DNA from: Spirogloea muscicola
Taxonomy: Eukaryota
Direction of reading: 5' to 3'
NCBI GenBank assembly: GCA_009602725.1
Contig: WELB01000004.1
Location: 245,647-292,199 of the forward strand
DNA length: 46,553 bases
The notes beneath the pieces were generated by a model. The model had not been told where the DNA came from and ran no database searches. It saw nothing but the letters and a program-made list of their open reading frames with translations. This document shows positions 13,450 through 24,866 of the stretch, in pieces (the stretch's first letter is position 1; the number at the start of each line of letters is the position of its first letter). The translations under genes and the position numbers were made by a program.

Positions 13450-14330
13450 TTACTCATGGCAAGCGACAGCCCCCGAGAAGGACGGTGGCTGTGATTGGGG
13501 TGGACCTGTAGGCAAGGTAAGCAAAGAAGCTCCTGACTAGGGGCGCAGTAGGTCTGAAGATGCAGAAGCGCTAGCGAAGGGGACAGTGGCAGTGAATAGT
13601 AATCAACAAACTACAAGACAGCAGGGCGAGCAGCAGCAGTAGATGGGGCTGACTTGAGTGAGCGTCCTCGTACCCTGTGAATCCCCCCTAGACAGCAGCC
13701 GAAGGTCGGACAAACTGGCAGAAGGGTAGTGATAAACCTATAGTCGTCTGAAGGGAGAAGGCGCGCAAAAGAAGGAAGCGATGGCTGTGATAAATCAGGA
13801 GAAAGACCCTTCTAGTAGAGGGCGATGGCTGTGGTTGGCCAGACCCAAATAGAAAGTAAGTAGGACAAGGTCCGAAGGGGCCAGAAAGCGCGAAACCTGT
13901 AAACAAGAAGCTTTCACTGCAGGACGCGATGGCAGCAGTGCACTAGACTAAGCTTTATCCAAGGGAGCAATGGCTGAAAGAGGCCAGCCCACAGTAGAGT
14001 GGACCTGGAAAGTCCACTCTTCAGCAGCAGGGTATGATATGAGTCGGCCATGCGATTCCCAAAAGCAAGGGCTGCAAGGGCGGGCCGGTGGCCATATGCA
14101 AGGGCGTAAGCCTGGGACCTCTTTTCTGTTTTCTGAGCTGGCATACGACAGCCATCGGCCCATTTTGAAGAGGCTGTTTACCTCCTCAGATGTGTGACCA
14201 AGACCAGGAAGCGCATGGAAGTAAGCTACTCCGGAAGGGGGCAATGGGTGTCAAAGAGGTAAGCTCATCCGAAGGGGGCAAGACCTGAAAGGCCAGACCA
14301 AAAAGCATGGACAAGGTGGTGGGGAGCGAC
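13450..14330 (-). repeat. Degenerate copies of the retrotransposon 3' module, reverse orientation
   Basis: Several ggctgtg/gatggctgtg...gccagaccc...acaaggtccgaaggggcc-like blocks, e.g. 13815-13895, 13960-13990 and 14265-14320. Confidence 0.6.
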
Positions 14331-14454
14331 GGGGATGAGCGCGCCTGCGTCCTTCGGAGGCGGACCAGACAAGCGCGAGAGGAAGAAGAAGAAAAAGCTC
14401 TTGCAAAAAGCAAGCGCGGCAAAGTATGGGGATGGCCGTGAGAAGAAAGACGCT

Positions 14455-14850
14455 TCCAGGAGCGTGCTCAGGCTAATGCCTTGCACCAGAAAGCTGGACG
14501 AGCTCTAGTTGGTGGTAGAAGGCTTCGTATCTGACATCTAGTATTCGGGCATCGATTAGCGAGCTTTATGTCTTGACCCGTGGTTACTGAGCGGGTCAAT
14601 CTGCTGTAGGTTATGTAGGTCTTTAGATGTGTTTGCCTTTTGTACTTGGCCATTTGGCCTTCGTTTGTTTCAAATACACGAAACTTTTCCAGGAGCCAGT
14701 GCTTATGGCCCCTTCGTAATCTGGACCCCTTCGACCCTTGTCATTTCTTTTCGGGCTGGCTTATCACAGCCCTTGCCCCCATTTCAAGATCCACTTTCTT
14801 TCAATTCGCAGCCCCCGCCCCCCTTTGGAAGAAGCGCTTCCAGTGGAGGG
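14455..14850 (+). mobile_element. 5'-truncated RLE non-LTR retrotransposon copy (ORF end plus 3' UTR)
   Basis: RAQANALHQKAGRALVGGRR...ASISELYVLTRGY* (stop ~14589), followed by a UTR shared with copies at 23112, 35626 and 39478, and a module ttttcgggctggcttatcacagcccttgccccc at ~14748-14780. Confidence 0.75.
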
Positions 14851-15399
14851 CGACTTCCTAGCTACGCGACACGTCGCGCCTTGCTGAAAGAGCTTATTCA
14901 GCCTGGCGCAGCTGGAGTGCTTTTGGTGTTACAGGCTGAGCCCGAAAAGCGTTGGGACACAGGCTGGCCTTTTCGTAGCCACCGCCTCGCTTTGGAGGAG
15001 CCCATTTGTCCGCATCCAAGACGGGGAGGCGGCGACGGCTGGCGGCGCCCCCCCGGGGGCGGGCAGCTGCTCGCGAAGCCGCGGGAGGCTGCCGCTGCCG
15101 AAAGTCGTGGAGCAGAGGGCGGCCGGAAGGCAAGTCTTGCACGTGCACGAGGTCGGTCGTCGTCGTACGGCAGCAGGGTACAGGCAGCAGCCCCAGGTGG
15201 GGGGGCCAGCCCCAGTTCTCGCGCAGCGCCGTCCGATGGCGCCTGGGAGCGATCGCGCTCCGCCGCTTGCGCCAGGTGGCAGGACGTTGGGCGCCAGCAA
15301 GGGAAGATCCGGTCCGCTGCGCCAGCGTTCCTGGCTCGGCTGGCGGGGGGATCTCCGGGCTGGCCGGGCCAAGCCGGGATCGGATCGGGCCGGGGAGCT

Positions 15400-15606
15400 C
15401 ACGTGGCGCATGCCCGGCGAACCAGAACTCGCCACGTGGCCGGGGCCCCCGCGGTGCTGTGAGGAGGGGGGTGGGCGCCGGGGGGAGGGGCGCAGACGGG
15501 ACACGGAGGGNNNNNNNNNNNNNNGCCCCCGCGGCCGTCAAGGCGCGCGGCGCCGGCGGTGACGTCCCAGTCAAGGCGAGGGCGCCGACGGGGGGGGACA
15601 CGTGGC
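15400..15606 (+). promoter_or_regulatory. ABRE/G-box cluster upstream of AP2/ERF gene 1
   Basis: CACGTGGC at 15400-15407, palindromic GCCACGTGGC at 15431-15440 and GGACACGTGGC at 15596-15606, all within ~440 bp of the ATG at 15837. Confidence 0.55.
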
Positions 15607-15836
15607 GCGCAGGGCAGACCCGAGCCGGGCGCCCCGGCGGAGGCGCGTCGTTGCGGGCCCCCCCCCCCGGCCAGCGGGGTTGCTGCTCTTACTCCCCGGC
15701 CCGCCCATCTGATTTCCCATTGCTGGCCCGCGGGTCCGCTGCCGCCGTCACGAACGACCCTCTCTGCGCCACCCGGCTGCCTTCCACAGCCTCCCCCCCC
15801 CCCGAGCCCCGCCATGCCGCCGGCGGCGGCGCAGGC

Positions 15837-17820
15837 ATGAAGGCGGCCCCCGACCAGGCCCCGCCGCCGCCGCCGCCGCCCCCTTCGCCGCCCCCCATGA
15901 CGGCGGCCTCCCTGCTCGAGCGCCACCCCGCGGCGGCGTGGCGCGCCGCGGCGCCGCTGGAGCCCGCCCACCACCACCACCACCATTGGAGCGCCACGGC
16001 CTTCGAGAGCCCCTTCTGCCTCCCGCTCCCCGCCGCCGCCGCGACGCTCCCGCCTCCGCCGCCTCCGCTGCGCGCCCCGACGGACGCCGCCGGCTTCCGG
16101 AGGTCTCACGGCAGCAGCCCTCGGGCGCTGCCTACCGGCCCGACGCGCGACCTCATCGGCATGCACACCTCTCCCGCGACGGCCCAGCCGTCGTCGGAGC
16201 TGCATGCCGTGTCGCTCCAGCGGCACTCGCTCCAGCCTTGGGCCTCCGTCTCCGGCCTTGACGACGATGTCGCCTTCGCACAAGCGAACCAGGTCAGCCT
16301 AGACACCCTCCACGATGGGCCTCTCAGTGCAACAGAAACCAGTCCAGGGCTGCTGACGCCTGCCTCACGCCCACGCTTGATACGTTGATCCAGTCACCCA
16401 ACTCAAGCAACTTCGCCGCTTGTCCTCCTGTTGCACAGGTGCTCTCCATGCAGGCACCTCAGAGACCACAGAGCGCGCTGCCAGCATTTGAGCCAATTGG
16501 CCCTCCTCCGCTATCCTTTGTGCCCCAGATGCAGAGCCAGCAGCTGCAGCACCCGCAAATGGACCGGCCGCAGCAGTGGCAGCTGCCGTTGCAGCAGCAG
16601 CAGCCGCAGTCGCAGCATGCGCTGCAGCAATTGCAGCCGCTCCTCGGCATGTTTGCGGACACCAAGGCCTATGCGTCTGCCAGGCAGCGGCTTGTGACCG
16701 GCCACACTGCCGGTTCTGAACTGCTCACGGCGGCAGCACTTGAAGAGGACATGGCTGCACTCGCACCGTCAGCGTCAGCGAGGCTGCCCGATTTGACAAG
16801 CAGCTGGCCCAATTTCCTGAGCCTATTCTCTAGCCAAGGTGCGCCCTTGTGCCCTGCCAGATTGGATTGACCCTCGTGAAATGAGCTCACCATGACTGTG
16901 TCCAGTATGATCCTGTCATCTCTTTGACAGGCTTGCTTGCCAGTTGATGAGGATAGACAAGTACCTGACTCCCTTCAGCCCAAGAAACTGCTGACCTTGA
17001 GCATATGTTCTTTGTGGCAGGTTATGCGTCAACCTTGCCTCAGCTGCAAAGCTCCGACGGGCTCCCCCCCCTCAGCAGCTCAACTACAGTGATGCCACCG
17101 ATGCCGGAGAGCTGGAGAACCTCAGCTCCCATGACCGGGGGCCCCGTCGACCTCGGCGGCTTGGCGGAGCATGCACACCAGAGCAGCGGCCAGAGTCCAT
17201 TCCTGCAGTCCTGGGCCTACAGCAACGCTGGCCAGGTGGTGTTGTCTGGAGGCAGTCCAATCCTGGAGCGCCGTACGCAGCAGCTTTTTGCCGAGGATGC
17301 TGGGGACACCCAGCCTGGGCTCAACCCAAACGTGGGCCCAAACCCTGGGAGAAACAAGCTCTATCGTGGAGTTCGCCAGCGCCACGAGGGCAAGTGGGTG
17401 GCAGAGATACGCTTTCCCCGCAAGCGGTCGCGTGTGTGGCTTGGCACATTTGACACTCCCGAGGACGCCGCTCGAGCGTACGATCACGCAGCCTTCAAGC
17501 TGCGCGGCGCCAAGGCCCGGACCAACTTCCCTTTGACTACCCTGCTTCAACCTGGTGGTAGTGGCCATGGTCAGCTCGTTCCAAGATGGCCAGCGGGCCA
17601 GGGTGGTCTCCCTTCCGAGCTTGCAAATGCAGCCGGCCCATCCAACATGGACGCGAGCGAAAGTCCCACGTCCTCGCCCTCCCCGACAGGCCAGTCGCCG
17701 AGCCCAAGACTGCAAGCTGGCAGTGGCGCGATGGCACCCCAGCCCGTGCACGCGGCATGGAGGAGCGGTGCTGATGCCAGCCAAGATCCAAGCTTCTCGG
17801 AGAAGCACCCAAATTGGTGA
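15837..17820 (+). CDS. AP2/ERF transcription factor, DREB-type (group I/A-6-like), 3 exons, ~551 aa
   Basis: Exons 15837-16292, 16439-16838 and 17021-17820 are GT-AG and phase-compatible. AP2 domain at 17362-17532: [58 protein letters not shown]-terminus is Pro/His/Gln-rich. A possible extra splice donor overlaps the stop (TG|GTGAGA), so the 3' end is not certain. Confidence 0.9.
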
Positions 17821-19789
17821 GAAGGGTGGTGGCGCCACCCCTGCACAATCTACCTTCTCCGGGCTTTGAAGCTGCACCAGTCAGCGGTGTTCGTGCCATT
17901 GGGAGCCAGCCTCAGCGTCCTTGCAGGGTGTCAATCAACTCGAAACATGCCTCGCAAGGAACCTGATGCCGGCTGCCGTCCTTTCTGTTAGATGCAGGAA
18001 AAAGTTCATCAAGCTGCAAGACCCCATTTAAGCCCCCTCTCCCTTCCTGCCCATTCTTCCAAGCTCCTTTTAATCGCCAGCTTCTGCTCTTGTGACCCTT
18101 GGATATTGCCCATCCCCAGTCACAAGCCTAGAAGCTCGGCGGCATCTAGCGTTGCAGGGAAAGCCTTGTCAACTATGATTAGTAAGGGCCTCCTCTATCC
18201 AACAGCATTGCTCTTTACAAACTGCTAGTTGAAGAGGGACTGCTAAACCCCTCCTTTCATGGCAGTATTTGCCTTTTATGGCAGTATCTGCCTGAACAAA
18301 CGTCGGCATAAAGAACGTACCATATAAGGTACACATTGCTCGTAGTGTCTTGTGGATTTCAATGCCAGGTCCTGTATTTGAAAGTGTCATTAAGTCACTC
18401 TGTACAGTACATGCATGGGGCTTCTGCATACATAATGTCCACTGCGTAATGAGGTGAGAAGTAGCTTCGAAGATGTGCAGGTTTGCTCACTCTCTACTGA
18501 GCTCAATGCTTCTTATCATATCTTGTCACTTTCAAGAGGAAGTGTGCCCTGTTGTCTCTCTTGATTAATGACGTATACACCTCATGCGCGTATTATGACA
18601 GTTTAGCACCTTGTAAATGTGACCCTCCACTAGCAGAAGTTGCTGCGCCAGGCTTCTGGAATATAAAGGATGCTGGCATGCTGCCAGCTTCGTGGACATG
18701 CTGCCTTCTACTGCGAAGAGCGGCTGTTTTGCAGGAGCCGCTTGCTTGGGTAACCCTCGTTCAACCACTCTGCTGCCATCTCATACATCTGGGAAATGGA
18801 GCCAGCGGCCCCTGGGAACGGCCCCTTTCAGCTCGGATGCATCGAATCTGAGCTATGACCCTGACTCCTGCAACAGTAAACAGCTCTTTGCCTTTCGTAG
18901 GGATCATCATGTCCTCGAGTTGTCGCCCTTTCTGAATGCACCCTCGTGCCCACCACTCGTCCACTTTTTCTCGGCTGCCCGTTGAGGGGGGGTCAACGGC
19001 GGACGCCGGCCTTTCACATCTCAGGGCGTCGGTGCCCCAACTCTCAATGGGGGAAGCGAAGCTAACGTCCGCAACCGCTCCGTCGGCGTGGGGTGGGCCG
19101 CCGTGACAGGCGCGGCGCCCCGAGGGCCGGGGTTGTGAGCAACCACGTGGGCAGGGAGCTGCCACGCCGTCGCCGACGCAGGCTCACTGCCAAGTGGGCC
19201 CTGGCGCGGCTCGATCGACGGCTGCCCAGGCGATCCGATGCGGCGTTTGGCCTCTTGCCATGGCCGAGCCCTCGCTCCGATCGGCCGGGGAAGTGGCTCA
19301 ATCTACTTTCCAAAAGCGGTACGCCGATGTGACGGCCCGCAGCCCGAAGGGACGGCCGGCCCACAAGAAGTTTCGTGTATTTGAAACAAGAGAGGAGCTG
19401 CGCGGTGCGCAAGAGATGAAAATTTTGCCAATTGGAAAGAATCCAAATCTAGCTATGATTTTGTACAGGCCGAAATTGAAAGTGGCTCTTTCTAAAAGGG
19501 GGCGCGGGCTGTCGAAAAGCCAGATCATAGAAGAATGAACAATGTCAATAGGAGACAACAAGCGTAGAGACAACTTAGATGGCCTGCTCAGTGAACACTA
19601 CGAATGCCAGGAAGATCTCAAAACCCACGAGTGAGCACATTGAGTTCCAACAGGGTACTTGGGGAGTCGGAGCACCTCCATGGAATCCAGTGGCCTGGCT
19701 TAGAGCGCACCTAGCACGCTGACATATATCCAAAGCCTAAAAGCATCGCAAATTGAGCGGGAACTGCAGCCACAAGTAAGTGGTCATCA

Positions 19790-20330
19790 TCCACTGTAGT
19801 GATTGGCAAGTGAAGCAGAAGTATGCGCCAAAGGAGCGATAGCTGTGAGCATCCAGGCTGATAGGGTTCACATAAAGGATTGGGGCTGGACGGCATCCAA
19901 TAAGGAAAGCCTGTGCTGCAACATACAGTGGATGATAATGACTGGAACTCAGCCGAAGGCGAGTGGCCAGCCCAGAAAGAATGGAAGGAGAGGCCGCAGT
20001 CGCAGTCGCAGTTCCGCAGTCGACTTTCCGCAACCGCAGTTGAGAATAGTTTGCACCAGCGAAGGGTATGCTCCGCCGGTCTCAGGAGGTGGCAGCTAAG
20101 GCTTGGCCAACATGTCGTTGATGCAAAGAAGAACCCCAGGGTTCGCCACCCCGGGGCGCACAAAGTACATATGAGCCAGCGAACCTGCATCAATCAAGTG
20201 AGGCTGCTCAGATTATTGCCCTGCCGCCGCTCGTCACGCAAGCTGCTAGGAACTGTTGAGCCACGGATCCCATATTTTCCAAGATTATATGCTGCCAGCG
20301 GGACAGAATCCGTGGGTGTGATCCGCCATC
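19790..20330 (+). pseudogene. Possible heavily decayed hAT-like transposase fragment
   Basis: Broken frames give KQKYAPKER.L.HPG...LGLDGIQ*GKPVLQHTVDDNDWN, reminiscent of the hAT segment L.RP..TRF...L..L...K..L...V....W. Weak resemblance only. Confidence 0.25.
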
Positions 20331-20689
20331 CGTGAAGTTCACTTGTTTCCAGCATAGGAATAGCACTTTGAAGGGGGCCAATGGTTCAAAATGCCAGCCC
20401 GATATCATCGACAAGGTCCAAAGTAATTGGAAAGCGTAAACCACTCACGATAACCAGGAAACACTTGTGGCTGCGCACAGCTCTTGTTTCCGCTTACTTG
20501 TGGCCGCTCAGTAAAATAATCAGCAGCCGTAGTTTGAAGATCAGCAACCGGAAAAAAGTCCCTCCCCTTGTAGCCTGAGGCGCCTGCCAGGAAACGGTCA
20601 GCATTGAGTACTTTGTAATGGATTTGCGCTATCAGACTTCATAAGAAATTGTCAATGGTCTTGGGGTTCGCCCCTTTCAAAAGAGCTCT

Positions 20690-21540
20690 TTGCTGTTTTC
20701 ACAGCCATCGCTCCCTCTTGGATGATATCCTTACTTTGAGGCTTGTCTTTATCTTTTGACCCTTACATAGCTGTGTGGTTTGGCGCCTTTCAGCTCTTCG
20801 GACCTTGTGCATTCTGTCTGGGCTGGCTTTTCACAGCCCCCGCGCCCTTCGGAAGCTTCCGTTAGGGGGATTGTTTTCCGGCTGATGTCTTAGTCCTAGT
20901 TCTTCGCACTCCGGCTCCTCCAGACCTTGTCCATTCCTTTGGGCTGACCTTTCCTTTCCCAGCCACTAGTCAATCTGGCCGCGCTTTCTTCCTTTTCCGG
21001 CAGCTAGTCTTTCGGATCTGGGCTCCTCACTCGTGGTTATTGAGGTTCATCCTCCCCCAGTTCTCACACAGCGCTTTCGGCTCCTTCGAACCTTGTCAAG
21101 TCTTTTCGGGCTGGCTTATCACAGCCCTTGGTCCCATTGGGAGAGCCACTTTCCTTGGAATAGCTCTCTTATTTTGGACTGGCCAATCATACCCTGCTAA
21201 TCTCAGCCATCACTCTCTACTGGAAGCTAGCCTTCTTGGGCTGGCTGTTATATAGCCCTTGCCTCCTTTGGCAGAGCCACTTTCTTATTAGAAGAGTCTT
21301 CTTTCGCAGCCTTTGTCCCCTCTTGAAAAGGCTCCTCCACCATAAGTGGCGAGGCGGAAAGGGCGTGACGACGTGGTGCTGGCAAGCAAGTACCATGTAA
21401 GATCATGGTACTTGCTTACTACATAGGACTAGCTTAGTACTTGGATTCAGCTCTTCTCGGCCCCTTCGGACCTTGTAATGAGCAATTGGGCTGGCTTTTC
21501 ACAGCCCTCGCCCCCTATGGAAGAGCCCACTTCCTCTAGT
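20690..21540 (+). mobile_element. Co-oriented array of RLE-element 3' ends and modules
   Basis: Modules at ~20820, ~20941, ~21108, ~21177, ~21238 and ~21488. A frameshifted ORF-end fragment (FPAASL.DL.LLTRGY*) lies at ~20995-21043. Confidence 0.75.
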
Positions 21541-21749
21541 GCTCCGCGCTCCTTCCCTTCAGTGCTGATGCGCGACGGGCCACTGCTAGGCGTGACAGCA
21601 GCGAAGGTCCACCCAAGGGAGAATGTGCACCGCAGGCATGGAATGAGAGGCAGGCCAAAGCAAGCCTGTACAGTTTCTAAGAAGAATATAGAGAAATCAA
21701 ACAAGGCTAAGCAAGCAAACCAAAACCACTAAGTGGAATGAGACAAAAT

Positions 21750-23235
21750 AAATGTGGCTCTCCCGAAGGGCTGTGACAGCTCTTTCCAAAGTCAGGCCTT
21801 TCCCTGAAAAGATATGTGGCCCTCCCAATGGAGGCAAGGGCTGTGCCACGCCAGCTCGACAAAAAATTGACAAGGCTCGAAGGAGCCAGGCTTCGAAGGG
21901 GCCAAAAGCGCCAGTGCAGAACTGGGGTAGGATGAACCACTCAATAAATACGAGTGAGGAGCCGCAAATCCGAGAGACTAGCTGCCAGAAAATAATCTCC
22001 TGACGAAAGCCAGATGGCTGCCGCGAGAGGCCAGCCTAGAAGATGAAGAGAGACTATTCCTTTGAAGGCCGATAGACCAAAGAGAAACAGCTATTCCGGG
22101 GTAACAGAGGGCATTAATGTAAGGCAATGGCTATGAGAAAAAGGAGGGGAGCTCTACCAAGGGGGCTCTGAAAGAGAGCTCTAGAAAAGAGAAAGGGCGC
22201 GCCCATTGAGGATAGGGGCTGGAAAAGCCAGCCCAAAAAGAATGAACAAAGTACGAGAAGGGGGCCAAGGGAAGCGCTAAGAAAACCAAGCACACAAAGT
22301 AACAAAGCAGCTACGTCTCACTCAGTAACCCCTGCTAAGCAGCCTCAGGTCAGAGACGCTAGGCTCCTGGAAGTGGGTCCCCCGGAAAGAAGAAGGGCTC
22401 GCCCATGGAGGATAGGGGCTGGAAAAGCCAGCCCAAAAAAGAATGAACAAAGGACGAGAAGGGGGCCTGAGGAAGCGCTAAGAAAACAAAGCACACAAAG
22501 AAAGAAAGCGGCTGCAAATCACTTAGTAACCCCTGCTAAGCAGCCGCAAATCAGAGAGGCTAGGGTCCTGAAAGTGGGTCCCCTGGCCAGAGCCAGAGGC
22601 AGCAGCACGAGCCCGGCCGGCACGAAGGTGCAGCGCACGGGCCATCGACGGCTGCAGGGAGACGGCCAGGCGCATGCGATACAATTGCGCCAGCGACCCT
22701 GCTGCAGGGAAGTCTACAAGCTCCCCCATGGAAGCGACGGGCGATGGTGTGGCGGGCGAGCTGGGTGAGCAGCTCGAGCCACCGAGCGCCCAGCGCCCCA
22801 TGGGTGTCTATGGCCAACGGGAAGAAGTTGTCTGCCGGCGGATGGTCAGCGTACTTGAGCCTGGAAAGCCAGCCCTGAATATGGACAAAAGAAAGCTCAG
22901 AAGGGAATGGCGTGGAAGAGAAAGGCGTGAGGTACGCTTGGAGCAAGAAGAAGTGGTGACACTCCCAAAGGCACACGAGAGGGAGGGCGTGGAATACCTC
23001 GGCTCGCAGTAGAGGAAAATTTTCGTGTATGTGAAACCAACGTATGCCAAATGGCCGAGTGCAAAGGCAAGCACATCTAAAGATCTACATAACCTACAGC
23101 TGTTGACCCGCTCAGTAACCAAGGGTCAAAATATAAAGGTCGCTAATCGATGCATGAAAACTAGATGTCAGATACGAAGCCCTTCTGCCACCAACTAGAG
23201 CTCGCCCAGCTTTCTGGTGCAAGCCATTAGCGAAG
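21750..23235 (-). mobile_element. Head-to-tail array of four 5'-truncated RLE non-LTR retrotransposon copies
   Basis: Copies run ~23235-22860 (LHQKAGRALVGGRR..ASISDLYILTLGY*), ~22860-22385, ~22385-22180 and ~22000-21750. The second copy encodes KYADHPPADNFFPLAIDTHGALGARWLELLTQLAR.. and AAGSLAQLYRMRLAVSLQ..ARALHLRAGRA..SLSDLRLLSRGY*. The pattern K..KY...F.PLA.D..G...RL..SLQ is the C-terminal half of the RLE domain of CRE-like elements. Confidence 0.8.
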
Positions 23236-24866
23236 AAGAAGAGCCTGAGCCTGAGCACGCTGCATACAGGCCGAAATTCGTCGTCACAGGAACGACAGAT
23301 ATGCCGCTGGCAAGCCATCTCAGCCGAAAACACATCTGCACGTCGTGTGTAGCCTAGGTTGGCAATGTTTTGAAGGAGGGTGTGGAAAACGAGAACCCAG
23401 ACAGCCAATCGATTGCCGCCGGCAGGAGCTGATCGCAGTAGAGGAAAAGAAAGTGCTCGCCCATTGAGGAAGCCCCGCGGCGATGTGGCGCGCGCGGGGG
23501 CAAGGCTCAGGGAGCGGGCCAGAGCGGGCCGCGCGCCCGACGACAAACGCGCGGGGCGGATTCGGGCAGCGCGGATCGCATCCGGGCGGCGGCCAAGCCC
23601 GATCCGCCGGGCGGGCCGGCGCAGAAGCCGCCAATCAGCCGATCGGGCTGATTGGCCTCGCTCGGCCTGGGGGCCCACCACCGTTCCCCCGCCCCGCGGC
23701 CCAGCCACCCGCCCGGAGCGTCGCACACCCCACCAAGCACTTGTGGCGATCTCTTTGAACAATGTATTGGCTTGAATAAGCCTCCCTTTCAATTTCATGC
23801 GCACCGCGCGCCTTCTCTCTTTCGCATTCAACCTGGCTGCCTTACACAGCCGCTCTTTTGACTTCAGCAGCTGCAATCGTCCCTCACGGCACTTGCCTTG
23901 CATCTGCGTGCTGGCCGTGCCCTGGCTGCCGACAGGGGCTTGCATCTCACAGCCGTCGGCCCCTCTGGAAGACCTGCTTCTATTCACTGGGGAAGGTGGC
24001 AGCCTCCGAAGGTGGTCGCATGGTGTCCCCTCAAGCCCCCTGACCGGCCCCACTGCGCCGCAGAAACCCCAGTCGCATGCCTGGACTTTACTGCTTCACC
24101 TCGCACGGGGGGGGGTCTGATAGCGTGCTTTGAGGGTCTTCGCTCTAAAGCCTCCCATATGTTTCCGAGAGAATGCTCACTTTCGAGAAATTGCATACTG
24201 TTGGTTTACTGCTGGCAATCAACATGGCTAGGAGGAGCAGGACATCAACATGCAGCTGCCATCTGGCTCCTACCTTCTGTGCACTCAATCTTGCCAAACT
24301 CAGCAGATGAAGACAATCTTAAGCAGCTCCAGTTGAGCAACATTCTGATGCTGTGTGAGATGCCAGAACAGGAGGGCCATGCTTCGCTGGACACACTGGT
24401 CAGTGGAGGCATGTAGGGAGCCTATAAAGGCGGGATCAAGGTCTCAATCGACAAGAGGTGAGATATGAGAGCTCTCTTTGGAGCAACTGACATCTTTATG
24501 TATTGGTCAAGATTACAAGAAAGGGGGCGAGGGGGGAGGGTGCTCCTCAATGGGCTTCTGGGCTTGTGCAGACACTCCCAGAAGCCACTCTCTGTGGACC
24601 TGTTCTACATACTTTTTCACAGCGTGCAACACAGGAGCAGCGAGCGGGGGTTCAAGGAGTGGCCAGCACAAATGCAGAAGCCCTGGGAGCGCAACAACAG
24701 GCGCAACCCATCACACTAAACCAAGCACACAGGCGTCAAAGCCACCGCTACTTGGAGGTCCCCTTCTACACGGGCGAGCAGGAGCTGGAAGATCAGGGAT
24801 GAAGACACGAATGCGTCACTTCACCGCCAGTTCCTGCTGCTGCCGAGGAGACGGGGGGGAGGGTGC

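Noticed and set aside
15584..15589. DRE/CRT core GCCGAC as an autoregulatory site
   Set aside because: A single hexamer in very GC-rich DNA is not distinguishable from background.
20690..21540. CRISPR-like interpretation of the recurring module
   Set aside because: The context is eukaryotic, the repeats are degenerate, irregularly spaced and on both strands, no cas genes are present, and the motif is tied to retrotransposon ORF ends.
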